A stretch of DNA of 64,000 nucleotides from Octopus sinensis (lineage: Eukaryota), in NCBI RefSeq assembly GCF_006345805.1, contig NC_043002.1:112096001-112160000 (forward strand). Reading direction: 5' to 3'. Made by a program: the position numbers and the translations under genes. Under the pieces are notes generated by a model that saw only the letters and a program-made list of their open reading frames with translations, did not search any database and was not told the DNA's origin. Below, piece after piece: positions 25,355 to 37,436 of the stretch (position 1 is the stretch's first letter; the number at the start of each line of letters is the position of its first letter).

Positions 25355-25814
25355 CCTTTCTACTATAGACATAAGGCCTAAAATTTTGACGGAGGGGATT
25401 AATCGATTACATCGACCTCAGTGCGTAACTGGTACTTATTTCATCGACCCCGAAAATATGAAAGGCAAAGTCGACCTTGGCGGAATTTGAACTTAGAACG
25501 AAAAAACGGACGAAATGCCGCTAAGTATTTTGCCCGGTGTGCTAACAATTCTGCCAGCTCGTCGCCTCTGGTTTTAAATTTTGGCACAAGGCCAGCAGTT
25601 TTTTTGCGGGAGAGAGGTTAAGTCGATTACATCGACCCCAGTGATCAACTGGTACTTATTTTATCGACCCCGAAAGAATGAAAGGTAAAGCTGGTCTCCG
25701 CAGAATTTGAACTCATAAAGTACAGACAGGCGAAATACCGCAAAGCGTTTTGTCCGCCTAGCTAACAGTTCTGCCAGCACGAGGTCGCCTTAATAATAAT
25801 AATATATAATAATA

Positions 25815-25853
<39 letters not shown>

Positions 25854-25858
25854 TGATG

Positions 25859-25901
<43 letters not shown>

Positions 25902-25984
25902 GAAGAAGAGAAGAAGAAGAAGAAGAAGAAGAAGAGAAGAAGAAGAAGAAGAAGAAAGAAGAAGAGATAGAAGAAGAAGAAGAA

Positions 25985-26015
<31 letters not shown>

Positions 26016-26232
26016 AAGAAGAAGAAGAAGAAGAAGAATTTTATATTTTGGCACGAGGTCGCCAATTTCGAGGAAGGGGTAAGTCTATTAAATCGACCTC
26101 AGTGCTCAACTGGTACTTGACCCCGAAACGGTGAAAGTCAAAATCGACCTCGGTGGAATGGAAATCTAGAACGCGAAGACGGATGAAATGCTGCTAAGCA
26201 TTTTGTCCGGCGTGCCAATGGTTCTGCCAGCG
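25293..26232 (-). mobile_element. Three tandem SINE family D copies with (AAT)n/(AAG)n tracts
   Basis: Bodies at about 25353-25566, 25572-25789 and 26040-26232; simple repeats at 25293-25352 and 25791-26037. Confidence 0.8.
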
Positions 26233-26555
26233 GGTAAGAAAATAAACAAATTGCATAAGTTGTTTAGCCCTAGGTATACACTGACACAATAAACCTTTAT
26301 CTATGTCCAACCAATCTCATAGAAATGCTGATAACCAATACATGGGAATATCTTTTACCATTGATTCGTTGCATTATGGAAAAATCTAGTCTTTTAATAA
26401 GGGCGTATCAATGTTTTTCCTTTAAATACCACTATGCAACCTATATAAGAAACATACCTTACGTTAAAGAGAATTGCACCTAAAGCACACAAATATGCTC
26501 ACCACATTCCGTAAACATAATCACACAAATATACACATGCTATTACCCACGAATG

Positions 26556-26833
26556 CCGGTCCGGGCTGCGTGTTGTGTTCTTGAGCAAAGCACTTTATTT
26601 TCACGTTGCTCCAGTTCACTCAGCTGTAGAAATGAGTTGCGTCGTCACAGGTACCAAGCTGTATCGGCCCCTTTGCCTTTCCCTTGGATAACATCAGTGG
26701 TGTGGAGAGGGGAGGCTGGTATGCATGGGCGACTGCTGGTCTTCCATAAACAACCTTGCCCGGACTTGTGTCTAGGAGGGTAACTTTCTAGGTGCAATCC
26801 CATGGTCATTCATGACCGAAGGGGGTCTTTACC
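26556..26833 (+). mobile_element. SINE family C, 5'-truncated body and tail
   Basis: Overlaps in sequence with the 8861-8968 head (TGTTCTTGAGCAAAGCAC); ends GACCGAAGGGGGTCTTTACCCTTT. Confidence 0.6.
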
Positions 26834-27416
26834 CTTTATTACCCACGATGAATCGTGATGCAACAGACACACACGTCTTAACTTCATACAGAGATTTTGT
26901 GAAGCTCATACTTTTCTGCAAGCATATCACTCAGAACATTCGAGCGTTGACATTGATTACAGGCGTGATGTTACCAATAATGCGCACACACGCGCAAGCA
27001 CACGTGCACACACAGACTAACTCACACAACACACACACATACGCACATTTGTGTAAATTTAAAAACAAGCTGTTCGTAAAGAAGGTAGATTTTAAACATT
27101 ATTATATAAATATAATGTTAAATGCAAGGCTTACACAAATGACACCTACTTCTTTGGATTAGCAGCGTTACACTGTCCTTAACATGACCAGCATCACAAT
27201 CGTAAACAGCGCTTTATTGGACGTCACATATAAGGAGCAGGAGCAATGAATAACTGCGACAGAATGTCAGAGCATGCTAGTAATCCGATGCAATAATTAA
27301 AGTCAATAGTAGGAATGAGCTATGCTATGCAATTGTTTGATGTGTGTGACAGAATCAAGCTATGCAGCCATGTTTATCAGATCTAAAAATAAAATTTCCT
27401 AAGTTCAACAGTAATA

Positions 27417-27832
27417 GGCGCAGGAGTGGCTGTGTGGTAAGTAGCTTGCTTACCAACCACACAGTTCCGGGTTCAGTCCCACTGCGTGGCACCTTGGGCA
27501 AGTGTCTTCTACGATAGCCTCGGGCCGACCAAAGCCTTGTGAGTGGATTTGGTAGACGGAAACTGAAAGAAGCCCGTCGTATATATATATGTATATATAT
27601 GTGTGTGTCTGTGTTTGTGTGTCTGTGTTTGTCTCCCCAACATCGCTTGACAACCGATGCTGGTGTGTTTACTTCCCCGTTACTTAGCGGTTCGGCAAAA
27701 GAGACCGATAGGATAAGTACTAGGCTTACAAAGAATAAGTCCTGGGGTCGATTTGCTCGACTAAAAAGGCGGTGCTCCAGCATGGCCGCAGTCAAATGAC
27801 TGAAACAAGTAAAAGAGAAAAGAGAAAGAGTA
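27417..27832 (+). mobile_element. SINE family A, full length
   Basis: Head and tail as in the other copies. Confidence 0.9.
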
Positions 27833-27968
27833 AGATTTCCAGAATAATTACAAATTTAATTGGTAATGAGTACATAGTCACATGTATAAACATAGGAGTA
27901 AGTGTATGAATATACACTACCGTCAGAAATTAATTAGCACCTTTGATTTGCTCTTCACTCAAGGTATG

Positions 27969-27987
27969 TGCTGTCACCTAGTGGCCA
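27969..27987. promoter_or_regulatory. CTCF-like binding motif
   Basis: TGCTGTCACCTAGTGGCCA closely matches the bilaterian CTCF core (reverse complement TGGCCACTAGGTGACAGCA) in repeat-free sequence; motif match only. Confidence 0.35.
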
Positions 27988-28685
27988 TATCTCGAACTAT
28001 TGCTTTGTTGCGAGTTCACTGTTGCGCAGAACGATGACGTAACTTTGTTTGCAGAGCAGTTTGAGAGTCTACAGCCTTATGATGTTGACATAGCAGTGCA
28101 ACAACAACTTGGAGTGCGGATGCAGACAAATCTTCCTTTGTTTAATAGATATAGGTAGCGCCTCGCAAGGACCGAAATCACACCATACTAAGTTTTCTCA
28201 TCGCGTAAGACGTTTTGATCAGCTCATAGGTTAATTGATTTAACCTATTTAATGTAGAAATTTGAGAAGTGCTAATTAATTTCTGACGCAAGTGTATACT
28301 TATATACATGTGTTTGTGAGATTGTGTGTGTATGCTTGTGTCTGTGTGTGTCTGTCTGTGTGTGTGTAAATAAGGTAAACAATATTTTATGTAAAGTAAA
28401 ATGAATGTGGAGATCATTTATGATAAAAAATATTATCATCGTTTTCGGAATCATTTTCACTCGCATGAGACTCGTGCACTCCATCACATGTAGATGCGAT
28501 CGTCGATTCACAAGTATTCGTAGACTGACTAGTAGTTTTCTGAAAAAAAAAAGTTTTGAGTTTTTGCTCAGATATTTTCTTCGCTCCCTATAAATTTCTC
28601 AGTAACTCGCCGAGGCATTTAAAATTTTTATATTTATCATAAAACTCGTAAATCTGGGGTCTAGTAAAGTGATAAAGTACTGTAT

Positions 28686-28735
<50 letters not shown>

Positions 28736-28745
28736 ATATATGTAA

Positions 28746-28780
<35 letters not shown>

Positions 28781-29846
28781 TGTATGTATGTATATACATA
28801 TATATAGGCAAATTTGTTGTTGAAAATGCACCTAAATTTGAAACACTTGTAGTTGTTTAAAATAAATTTACTTACATATATACCAAACTAGTTTCACCAA
28901 TATTTTTTGTTTATCAATGGTAAAATTTTTTAATTATAAATTAGAAAAACATCCTTAAACGTTTCAATGCTGGCTAATTAAAATTTTTATAACAGACAAA
29001 TTTAAAATTAGGAATTAGGAAAACATGTTTAGAAATTTTGATACTGACAAATTTAAATGTTCATAACAGTCAATAATATTAAAACTGTGCATCAATTTGT
29101 TTGAATGTACAAAGCTCATTAGTTTCAGTAGTAATCGACAAAAAATGAATATCATCAAATTTCAGTCATACTGAGTTAAGCGGGAAAAAAACAATGAAAA
29201 AATGAAGATAGTAAAAAAAGGGATTTGGTTTACAGTTAGTCTCATCCTGTTTTCGGTGTATTTATAAATTTTTCCGCGAGTGGATTTGCTTTTTGATTCG
29301 TTAAAGTACTGGTGACGTCTTATTTTTCCGGTTCTTAAATATGTCGTTCTACTTGGTTGGCTTCTCTGTAGGGAACTGCCTGTCCCCGCACACATTCTGA
29401 ATATGAAATTCAGTTTGTCAAACATTTCCTTAATCTGCCTCAGAAGCGATTTTCCAACAGTACACGAATATTCTAAACAATTCAGCCTGCAAAATTTAAA
29501 TCGTGTGTATATCTTGAACAACAGTTATTGGAATTGTATGACTGGCTCGGTAGTTGCCATAAAGAAAATAGTATACTCTACAAGTAACAACTTTGAGAAA
29601 ACTGTTGCCAAATATAAGCGTCAAAAACTTTCTAAATATCCTAGAACAATTCACTTCACTCTACCAATTGCAACTTCAACACACTTTCACCCTGCCTTCC
29701 AAACTTAAACTACCCCAAGACCAACATTATCTATAGTACAATTGTAACCATAAGCAATAAAACCTCAATCACAGCCTTATATATATATATATATCTGTGT
29801 GTGTGTGTGTGTGTGTGTATTTATTTATATATATATATACATACAT

Positions 29847-30161
29847 ATTAGAGGGAAACCACTATGTGGACACCCTTATGCTAGAAATAGATCCGCTATG
29901 GTCTTACCACTAAGAAATGTTCTCAAGAAAAATTTAGCAAAACAACCAAAACGTAATCGAGCAAGACAAAAGAAAAAGCAATAAAAATATGGATTATTCA
30001 CATACATGTTTCACTATTACCATATTACGTAAGTTTACTTACATAAATGTCCGTAGATCATCGGTGCGACCGTCCAGATGAATATAATTTGCAGGACTGC
30101 ATACTAGGACGTCCGCACAAAGTCAGACTTGTAAAACAGTCCTACACATTACACCCGTGGC
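29847..30161 (-). repeat. Unclassified HHR-bearing repeat U, copy 1
   Basis: Near-identical to 30387-30704 and 33824-34088; all three share the sharp boundary ATTAGAGGGAAACC. Confidence 0.9.
29998..30069 (-). ncRNA. Type I hammerhead ribozyme candidate, repeat U copy 1
   Basis: UCGCA-CCGAUGA-long stem II-GAAAC au GU A-UGUGA; predicted cut between 30003 and 30002. Confidence 0.65.
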
Positions 30162-30386
30162 TACTATTTCAAATGTCCTCGTTTTGGCGCGCTAAATTAT
30201 CGGAAAAAATGATGCTGCAGATAATACTTTACTGCAGCGGCCTTTTCCAGTTAGAGAACGTATTAATTTAAATCTAAATTTAAAATGAGGGTGAGAAAAT
30301 AGATATTAATTTAATTAACATTGATTTCACACCAGAGGTCTAGCATATAAAAAACTGAAGGTGCAGTAAAATTGTATTATATACAT

Positions 30387-30704
30387 ATTAGAGGGAAACC
30401 ACTATATGGACACCCTTATGCTAGAAATAGATCCGCTACGGTTTTACCACTAAGAAATGTTCTAAAGAAAAATTTAGCAAAACAACCAAAACGTAATCGA
30501 GCAAGACAAAAGAAAAAGCAATAAAAATATGGATTAATCGCATACATGTTTCACTATTACCATATTACGTAAGTTTACTTACATAGATGTCCGTAGATCA
30601 TCGGTACGACCGTCCACCAGATGAATATAATTAGCAGGACTGCATACTAGGACGTCCGCACAAAGTCAAACTTGTAAAATAGTCCTACCTATTACACTCG
30701 TGGC
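30387..30704 (-). repeat. Repeat U, copy 2 (tandem, offset 540 bp)
   Basis: Same sequence displaced by 540 bp through the HHR region. Confidence 0.9.
30538..30609 (-). ncRNA. Type I hammerhead ribozyme candidate, repeat U copy 2
   Basis: UCGUA-CCGAUGA-stem II-GAAAC au GU A-UGCGA; predicted cut between 30543 and 30542. Confidence 0.65.
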
Positions 30705-31812
30705 CACATATATATAGCATCAGTACCAAAGCAGTTCAAAAACACAACACAATCAGTTTACAGCATGTGTATACATACATATATACAACCATACGTACAT
30801 ATATACACCACACACTTATACGACTACATATACTTATTCACATGCACAATTATTTTTTTTTTAAATTAAGAACTGAATTTGTTATCGTTTCAAGCGATCC
30901 AAAACACACTGGATAATGTGATCCAAGATATACTAGTAGCCTGGGAAAACAGCTATGAATTCACCCTCGAATTCCAAAGATCATAGGTCTGCTCAATCAG
31001 GGTCGGTGTACAGCGACACAATAATTACGGTAACAACGAAGCAATGATATAACAATCTCATATATATATCTCATATATATATCTCATATATATACTTCAC
31101 AAATTCGCTTAAAGTTCACTAGAACACTTCACTTCGTTTTTTAGCATCTGAACTGTTTCAATTGTTCATGATTTATCCCGGTAATTGAACTAGATACAGG
31201 TCTTTTTACTCTGATCTTAAAGCTGACCTTAAATTTTCCTGTATATATTTCAGAATAAACCAATTTCATACAGATCTTCATTTTCTTCAGAAACGGAAAT
31301 CAAATTATTCAGTACATTTTCTTTTATTCTTTTAAGTTATTTATATTGTTTTCTTTACTTCCCGTTTTTTTTATATTATTTTTCTTTACTTCCCGATATT
31401 TATTATATTTCTATTCCCTTAGAGAAAATACGTAAATATGTTACCATAACGTTAAATAAAATATGATTAATGCTACAGAAAATTAAAATATTGCTCCTTG
31501 CTGAAGTGAAAATTCATGGGTGAAAGATTAAATGGGAACGAATTCAAAAGGAATATTTGAAATGTTGATGGCAGCAATATGTTTAGCGTAAAAACCAAGA
31601 TGTTGAGATTTTATAGACAAATGTTTCTAAACAAAACATTTTCATAGTCGGCAATTGAACAGAAAAACAACTTTACACTGTAGGTAACATACATTGTGAA
31701 GGACCAACATTTATTTGAATCTTCTGATCAAGATGTATTATCTTGTTTTATTCCCGAAGTTTTTTAGTGTAGACTAACACGAGATTATAAAATAACTCAT
31801 GCAAATAACTCA

Positions 31813-32172
31813 GGCGCAGGTGTGGCTGTGTGGTAAGTAGCTCGCTTACCAACCACATGGTTCCGGGTTCAGTCCCACTGCGTGGCATCTTGGGCAAGTG
31901 TCGTCTGCTATAGCCCCGGGCCGACCAATGCCTTGTGAGTGGATTTGGTAGACGGAAACTGAAAGAAGCCTGTCGTATATAAGTATATATATATGTGTCT
32001 GTATATGTTTGTGTGTCTGTGTGTGTCCCCCTAGCATTGCTTGACAACCGATGCTGGTGTGTTTACGTCCCCGTTACTAAGCGGTTCGGCAAAAGAGACT
32101 GATAGAACAAGTACTGGGCTTACAAAGAATAAGTCCCGGGGTCGAATTGCTCGAATAAAGGCGGTGCTCCAG
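31813..32172 (+). mobile_element. SINE family A, 3'-truncated
   Basis: Head at 31813; sequence stops at GGCGGTGCTCCAG. Confidence 0.9.
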
Positions 32173-32580
32173 TAAGGAGGTGTTTTTTTTATGTGTGCCA
32201 GTGTTTGTGTACAACTGTATGTATATAGGGAGATCCATTAGAGGTAGAATCAACAAAAGGAGTACTACATCCAGTTTGAGATAACATCAATTTAATACAC
32301 ATTACGAAAGAGCAACTAATGGTTTCATGCTTTGATGATACGTTAAATAGGTAGATTTGTAAAACTCGCCACGTATCTCTAAGTAATCTTTCATTCTCTG
32401 TTTATGAGTTAGATGTATTTTAAAAACCAGGATGCTGGATAGAGAGAAAATGAGAGAAAAAAAGGAGAAGAAACGCCCGAAGAAGACTGGTGCAAAAGAT
32501 GGAACGGGTGGGAAGAAAGAAAGAAGTTACAAACCGCTAAGCAACGAGGACGGGCTTCGACGACGACGGGCTTCGACGAC

Positions 32581-32743
32581 GACGGGCTTCTTTCAGTTTC
32601 CGTCTACCAAATCCACTCACAGGGCTTTGACCGGCACCGAGGCTATAGTAGAAAACATTTACCCAAGGTTCAACACAGTGGAACTGAAACCGAAACCATG
32701 TGGCTGGGAAGCAAGCGTCTTACCACACAGCCACGCCTGCGCC
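32581..32743 (-). mobile_element. SINE family A, 5' fragment (diverged)
   Basis: GGGCTTCTTTCAGTTTCCGTCTACC...CCTGCGCC. Confidence 0.75.
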
Positions 32744-32801
32744 TATATATATATATGCAATATATATATATATATATACACATTTATATATATGTATATA
32801 T

Positions 32802-32846
<45 letters not shown>

Positions 32847-32905
32847 TACATGTGCATATATATGTTTATATATATGTATATATATGCATACATATGTAAA
32901 TATAT

Positions 32906-32949
<44 letters not shown>

Positions 32950-33283
32950 TATATATGTATATATATATATATGTGTGAACATATATATATGTATATATAT
33001 ATATGTATATATATATATAAGTATATATATGTATGTATAGATATAGATGTATATATAAGTAATATATGTATGTATAGATATACATGTATATATATATGTA
33101 TTTATTTATGTATGTATGTATATATGTATATATGAGTGTATGTATGTATGTATGTATGTATGCATGCATGTATGTATGTATGTATGTATGTATGTATGTA
33201 TGTATGTATGTGCGTGCGTTTGTCACTGAAAATTATTTATTTTCCAACGAGAATTCAGCAACGCCACCTAGCCAAGCAGCTAC

Positions 33284-33326
33284 TCTGTGCCGATAAACAG
33301 CAATAACTCAGAAACCGGTCCACAGA
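33284..33326 (+). ncRNA. Degenerate minimal type I hammerhead candidate (orphan)
   Basis: UCUGUG-CCGAUAA-acAG caauaa CUca-GAAAC cg GU C-CACAGA: perfect 6-bp stem I and GUC triplet, but G8A and a weak stem II. Confidence 0.5.
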
Positions 33327-33823
33327 TGACGCTTTGTGTTGGATGGAGGTGCTGGACTCGCTGTTCGAAAATATAAGGACAAACATTTTGTGTCATATAG
33401 CCAGCTGGAAACGATGTTTCCTGGGGCGAAGCAACAGTAACAATCGTCCTATCTAGGACAACCACATTATGTTGGCAAATAAAGCAGTAGTAGTAAAAAG
33501 GCTAAGACAACAATGATTATACTGTATATTAATATTAAACACAACGTTTTAAAAACGTCTAATATGAAGGAAGATGCCCGCTACGTTGCTTTGCAAACAA
33601 CTTGCACATGCAAGTGCTACCATTCGTGAACTCCACATACCGGAAGCCAGCAAGTGTATGGGATCATCAGGAGAGAATGCGCGCCGTTTCGGGGCCTACC
33701 TCTCGACGGCATCAATGCGCACCGGACCCCTCACTGATATGAGGCTCCGCTTACTGGTTACCAAATAAAGCTCAATATTCTTCTAACCATCGTTTATCGT
33801 CTCTTTTAAACCAAATCCAGTGA

Positions 33824-34088
33824 ATTAGAGGGAAACCACTATGTGGACACCCTTATGCTAGAAATAGATCCGCTATGGTCTTACCACTAAGAAATGTTCT
33901 CAAGAAAAATTTAGCAAAACAACCAAAACGTAATCGAGCAAGACAAAAGAAAAAGCAAGAAAAATATGGATTATTCGCATACATGTTTCACTATTACCAT
34001 ATTACGTAAGTTTACTTACATAAATGTCCGTAGATCATCGGTGCGACCGTCCAGATGAATATAATTAGCAGGACTGCATACTAGGACG
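33824..34088 (-). repeat. Repeat U, copy 3 (dispersed)
   Basis: Same boundary and sequence as copies 1 and 2; abuts the HERO-like fragment. Confidence 0.9.
33975..34046 (-). ncRNA. Type I hammerhead ribozyme candidate, repeat U copy 3
   Basis: UCGCA-CCGAUGA-stem II-GAAAC au GU A-UGCGA with a fully Watson-Crick 5-bp stem I. Confidence 0.7.
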
Positions 34089-34089
34089 C

Positions 34090-34480
34090 ATGCCGATTTT
34101 ACATATAATCGTGTGCTCCTACGTTTTCACAAGCAATTCTTGTCAAATTTTTGGATATCGGTCATGGTGGCATTCCCTTTACGATGAGTTAGACCGAACG
34201 ATAACAATAGTCGTCTCACATTGTGTCCAACAAACCCTCTATATCCGACTTCGATTCGAAAATGCCCCTCTTTCCAGCCTGCGTCTTTACATTCCTTGTG
34301 GAGGTTTACATAACAGTCAATCTTTCGAGCCAGAGCGGCGTCCATCTTAACTCGATTACATTCACAACTTTTTTTTCTTTCATACCGCATTAAAATGTCT
34401 GATTTTTTCGTAACTGGGATGGAGTCCCTGGCACCCTGGTAAATTTGCAGTCTCCTCCCAACAGCCGTTCCACTTGCAAC
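34090..34480 (-). mobile_element. Non-LTR retrotransposon 3' fragment with restriction-like endonuclease (HERO-like)
   Basis: ORF 34127-34564: TKKSDILM...MDAALARKIDCYVNLHKECKDAGWKEGHFRIEVGYRGFVG resembles the RLE PD..(E)..K and IEVGxRGF motifs; the ELTVPWE segment is missing. Confidence 0.75.
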
Positions 34481-35031
34481 ATCAACAGCGAGTGAGACAA
34501 TTCGTGACAATAGAGAGAATATTAAATTGCACAAGAAGTTATGTTTTTTAAATGCTTGAACCAAATTTCTTCATAGATCTAATGTGGTACTTAAATTGAG
34601 ACGGATTTTTCAAGGATCGGCCTCGACTTAAGGCACTGATGATCATGGTGGTCACTTTTTAAAAAAAGTCAAATGGCTTGTTATATAAGGATTTGCAGAA
34701 AATTTAAGGTAAAACTTCTAAAGGAATAAACCAATCCTTTTAATATAAGACTGTTAAAGCAGAAAAATATGCAACTTGAAAATATTTTCTCATAATAGAA
34801 ATGTCTATGTAACCGATTCTTTTCGTACACTAGCGTCCTACCTCTAGAAATGAGTGTCTGTGTAGAGCTTTAGATTATGTAGTTACCCATCAGTTTAGGT
34901 GATGGTGACGCGATAAAGGAAACACCACACAAACATTTGTTTTTTCTCTCTCCCCACCTCTCATTCCCCCTCTCTCTCTCCCTCTCTCTCCTCTTCTCTC
35001 CCTCTCTCTCATACACACATATATACACATA

Positions 35032-35249
35032 TTCTTTTACTCTTTTACTTGTTTCAGTCATTTGACTGCGGCCATGCTGGAGCACCGCCTTTAATCGAGC
35101 AACTCGACCCCGGGACTTATTCTTTTGTAAGCCCAGTACTTATTCTATCGGTCTCTTTTGCCGAACCGCTTAGTAACGGGGACATAAACACACCAGCATC
35201 GGTTGTCAAGCAATGCTAGGGGACAAACACAGACACACAAACACACACA

Positions 35250-35299
<50 letters not shown>

Positions 35300-35464
35300 T
35301 ACGACGGGCTTCTTTCAGTTTCCGTCTACCAAATCCACTCACAAGGCATTGGTCGGCCCGAGGCTATAGTAGAAGACACTTGCCCAAGGTGTCACGCAGT
35401 GGGACTGAACCCGGAACCATGTGGTTGGTAGACAAGCTACTTACCACACAGCCACTCCTGCGCC
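35032..35464 (-). mobile_element. SINE family A, full length
   Basis: Head, microsatellite and tail present. Confidence 0.9.
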
Positions 35465-35704
35465 TATATTAAACTAGATTTATTGGACACCGTTTGCTCT
35501 TGATATTAGTGGAGAAAAACTATATTACTTTCCAAATATTTTCATAAAATTGTTTAATGTATGATTAACAAAATGACGTCAGAGCTATTATATACCATAA
35601 AAACATTAGAAAATAGACAAAAATATTTTGTTTCGTCTCGCTTCTGTTAGTCTCGTGATATGTTGTCTGTATTTTCTATTCAAACACAACATATTGCGCA
35701 TCAT

Positions 35705-36093
35705 GGGGTGGCGCAATGGCCCAGTGGTTAGGGCAGCGGACTCGCGGTCGTAGGATCGCGGTTTCGATTCCCAGACCAGGCGTTGTGAGTGTTTATTGAC
35801 CGAAAACACCTAAAAGCTCCACGAGGCTCCGGCAGGGGATGGTGGTGATCCCTGCTGTACTCTTTCACCACAACTTTCTCTCACTCTTACTTCCTGTTTC
35901 TGTTGTACCTGTATTTCAAAGGGCCGGCCTTGTCACTCTCTGTGTCACGCTGAATATCCCCGAGAACTACGTTAAGTGTGCACGTGTCTGTGGAGTGCTC
36001 AGCCACTTACACGTTAATTTCACGAGCAGTCTGTTCCGTTGATTCGGATCAACCAGAACGCTCGTTGTCGTAACCGACGGAGTGCTTCCTTCC
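35705..36093 (+). mobile_element. SINE family B1 with 12-bp TSD
   Basis: ATT(G/A)CGCATCAT at 35693-35704 and 36094-36105. Confidence 0.9.
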
Positions 36094-36267
36094 ATTACGC
36101 ATCATCTTTCCAGTGTTATCATGTTATCTCACTTGTATACTTTCGCCAGTTTAGACTCCAGGTATCGCTAACACTTTCTTTTACATTTAATCTTTCTTCC
36201 TTCCCGCTTTCTGAACACACTCCAACATAAACACAACTAATTGTAAAGTATAGTTTAATATCTAATA

Positions 36268-36668
36268 CTAGCAGTATCGCCCGGCGTTGCTCGGATTTAT
36301 AAGGGAAATAACTATATAAGCATTTTTAGAGAGTTATAGCCAAAAAATAGCAAAAAAATCCATTGAAAATGAGAAAAAAATTATGGTAAATTTTTTCAAA
36401 TATCGTTGACTCATCGTAGACATTTTTAGAGAGTTACTTCCCTTATATAATAGCGAAAAAATGCATTAAAATGGAAAAAAATGATGGTAATTTTTTTTTT
36501 AAATCGTAGACTCATCGTAGACGCGCGCTAATACCCAGAAGGGCTCGATATGGATCACGACTATAAGATACCCGGTTTTGGTTACACTGCACCGCAAAAT
36601 GTGGGAGTAGTTAGGAATCTAAATCGTAGGAGACAGACTGCACACAACCTCACTTTTATATATAAAGA
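36268..36668 (-). mobile_element. Helitron H1, complete
   Basis: TC and CTAG termini, subterminal hairpin, A/T site. Confidence 0.9.
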
Positions 36669-37436
36669 TATGTGTGTGCGTCTCATTAAATGTAGTTTTT
36701 TTCTTTTATTTTAGGTTTTTCTCAGTTTTTTTCTTAGTTTCTTTTCCAGTTAGTTGGAAACAATAATGTTCCTAAATTCCTCACCAACGTTTGAATATAT
36801 TTCAATATATTTGCCGTTTGTGTTGTTTCTTATATACTGGTTGGATTCATGGATACATTCCTGCCAAAAGGCTTTTGACCGTTAACTCCAAACGTAATTA
36901 ATTATTGACTTGTTTGTCGCAGTCGCCACGTATTAATTTTTGTTGCGTGTTTATTTTGATATTGTATTACGATAAGAGTACGGCAGACTGGCCAAATCTT
37001 ACGACCTTGCCGATTTTACTTATAATCGTGTGCTCCCACGTTTTCACAAGTAATTTCTCACGCTTTCTCCATAGAGAAATCGATATCGAATGGATGTGCT
37101 TTGGTAGTATCATGCTAGCTTGAACACTCTTGATACAGCTGTAAAAAGATTTTAAAATCTTGTCAAATTTGCTGCGAAAGACGGTGCAGGAAAGACTGTT
37201 CTGCATTGTTAGGAAGAATAAGTCAGACAGTCGTTCTAAGTTGGCTCTAGTGGGTCCACTTTCTACTATTCTGACAGTGAAATCTCAGTATCCAGAGTCT
37301 ACAACACCATGTTTCAATTTTAAGTCCGACATAGAATTGCTAATGAAATAGGCAGCTATTAGTTATAATAAGCACATGGTTCTGCTATTTATGTTCTTGA
37401 TTAATTCTGTTATTTATGCTCTAGCTTTGAGTTATA

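Noticed and set aside
29162-29521. ORF with a vague GIY-YIG-like Cys/Arg/His spacing
   Set aside because: No recognisable YIG motif; needs an HMM search.
33570-33770. Minus-strand CUGAUGA + stem and a separate stem + GAAAC, hammerhead-like
   Set aside because: Neither has both core halves in register; at most relics.
29847-34088. Repeat U as a hAT/MITE or CRISPR-like array
   Set aside because: No terminal inverted repeats, no repeat-spacer periodicity and no cas genes; the context is eukaryotic. A Helitron-like CTAA end with an adjacent hairpin is possible, but no 5' TC end was found.
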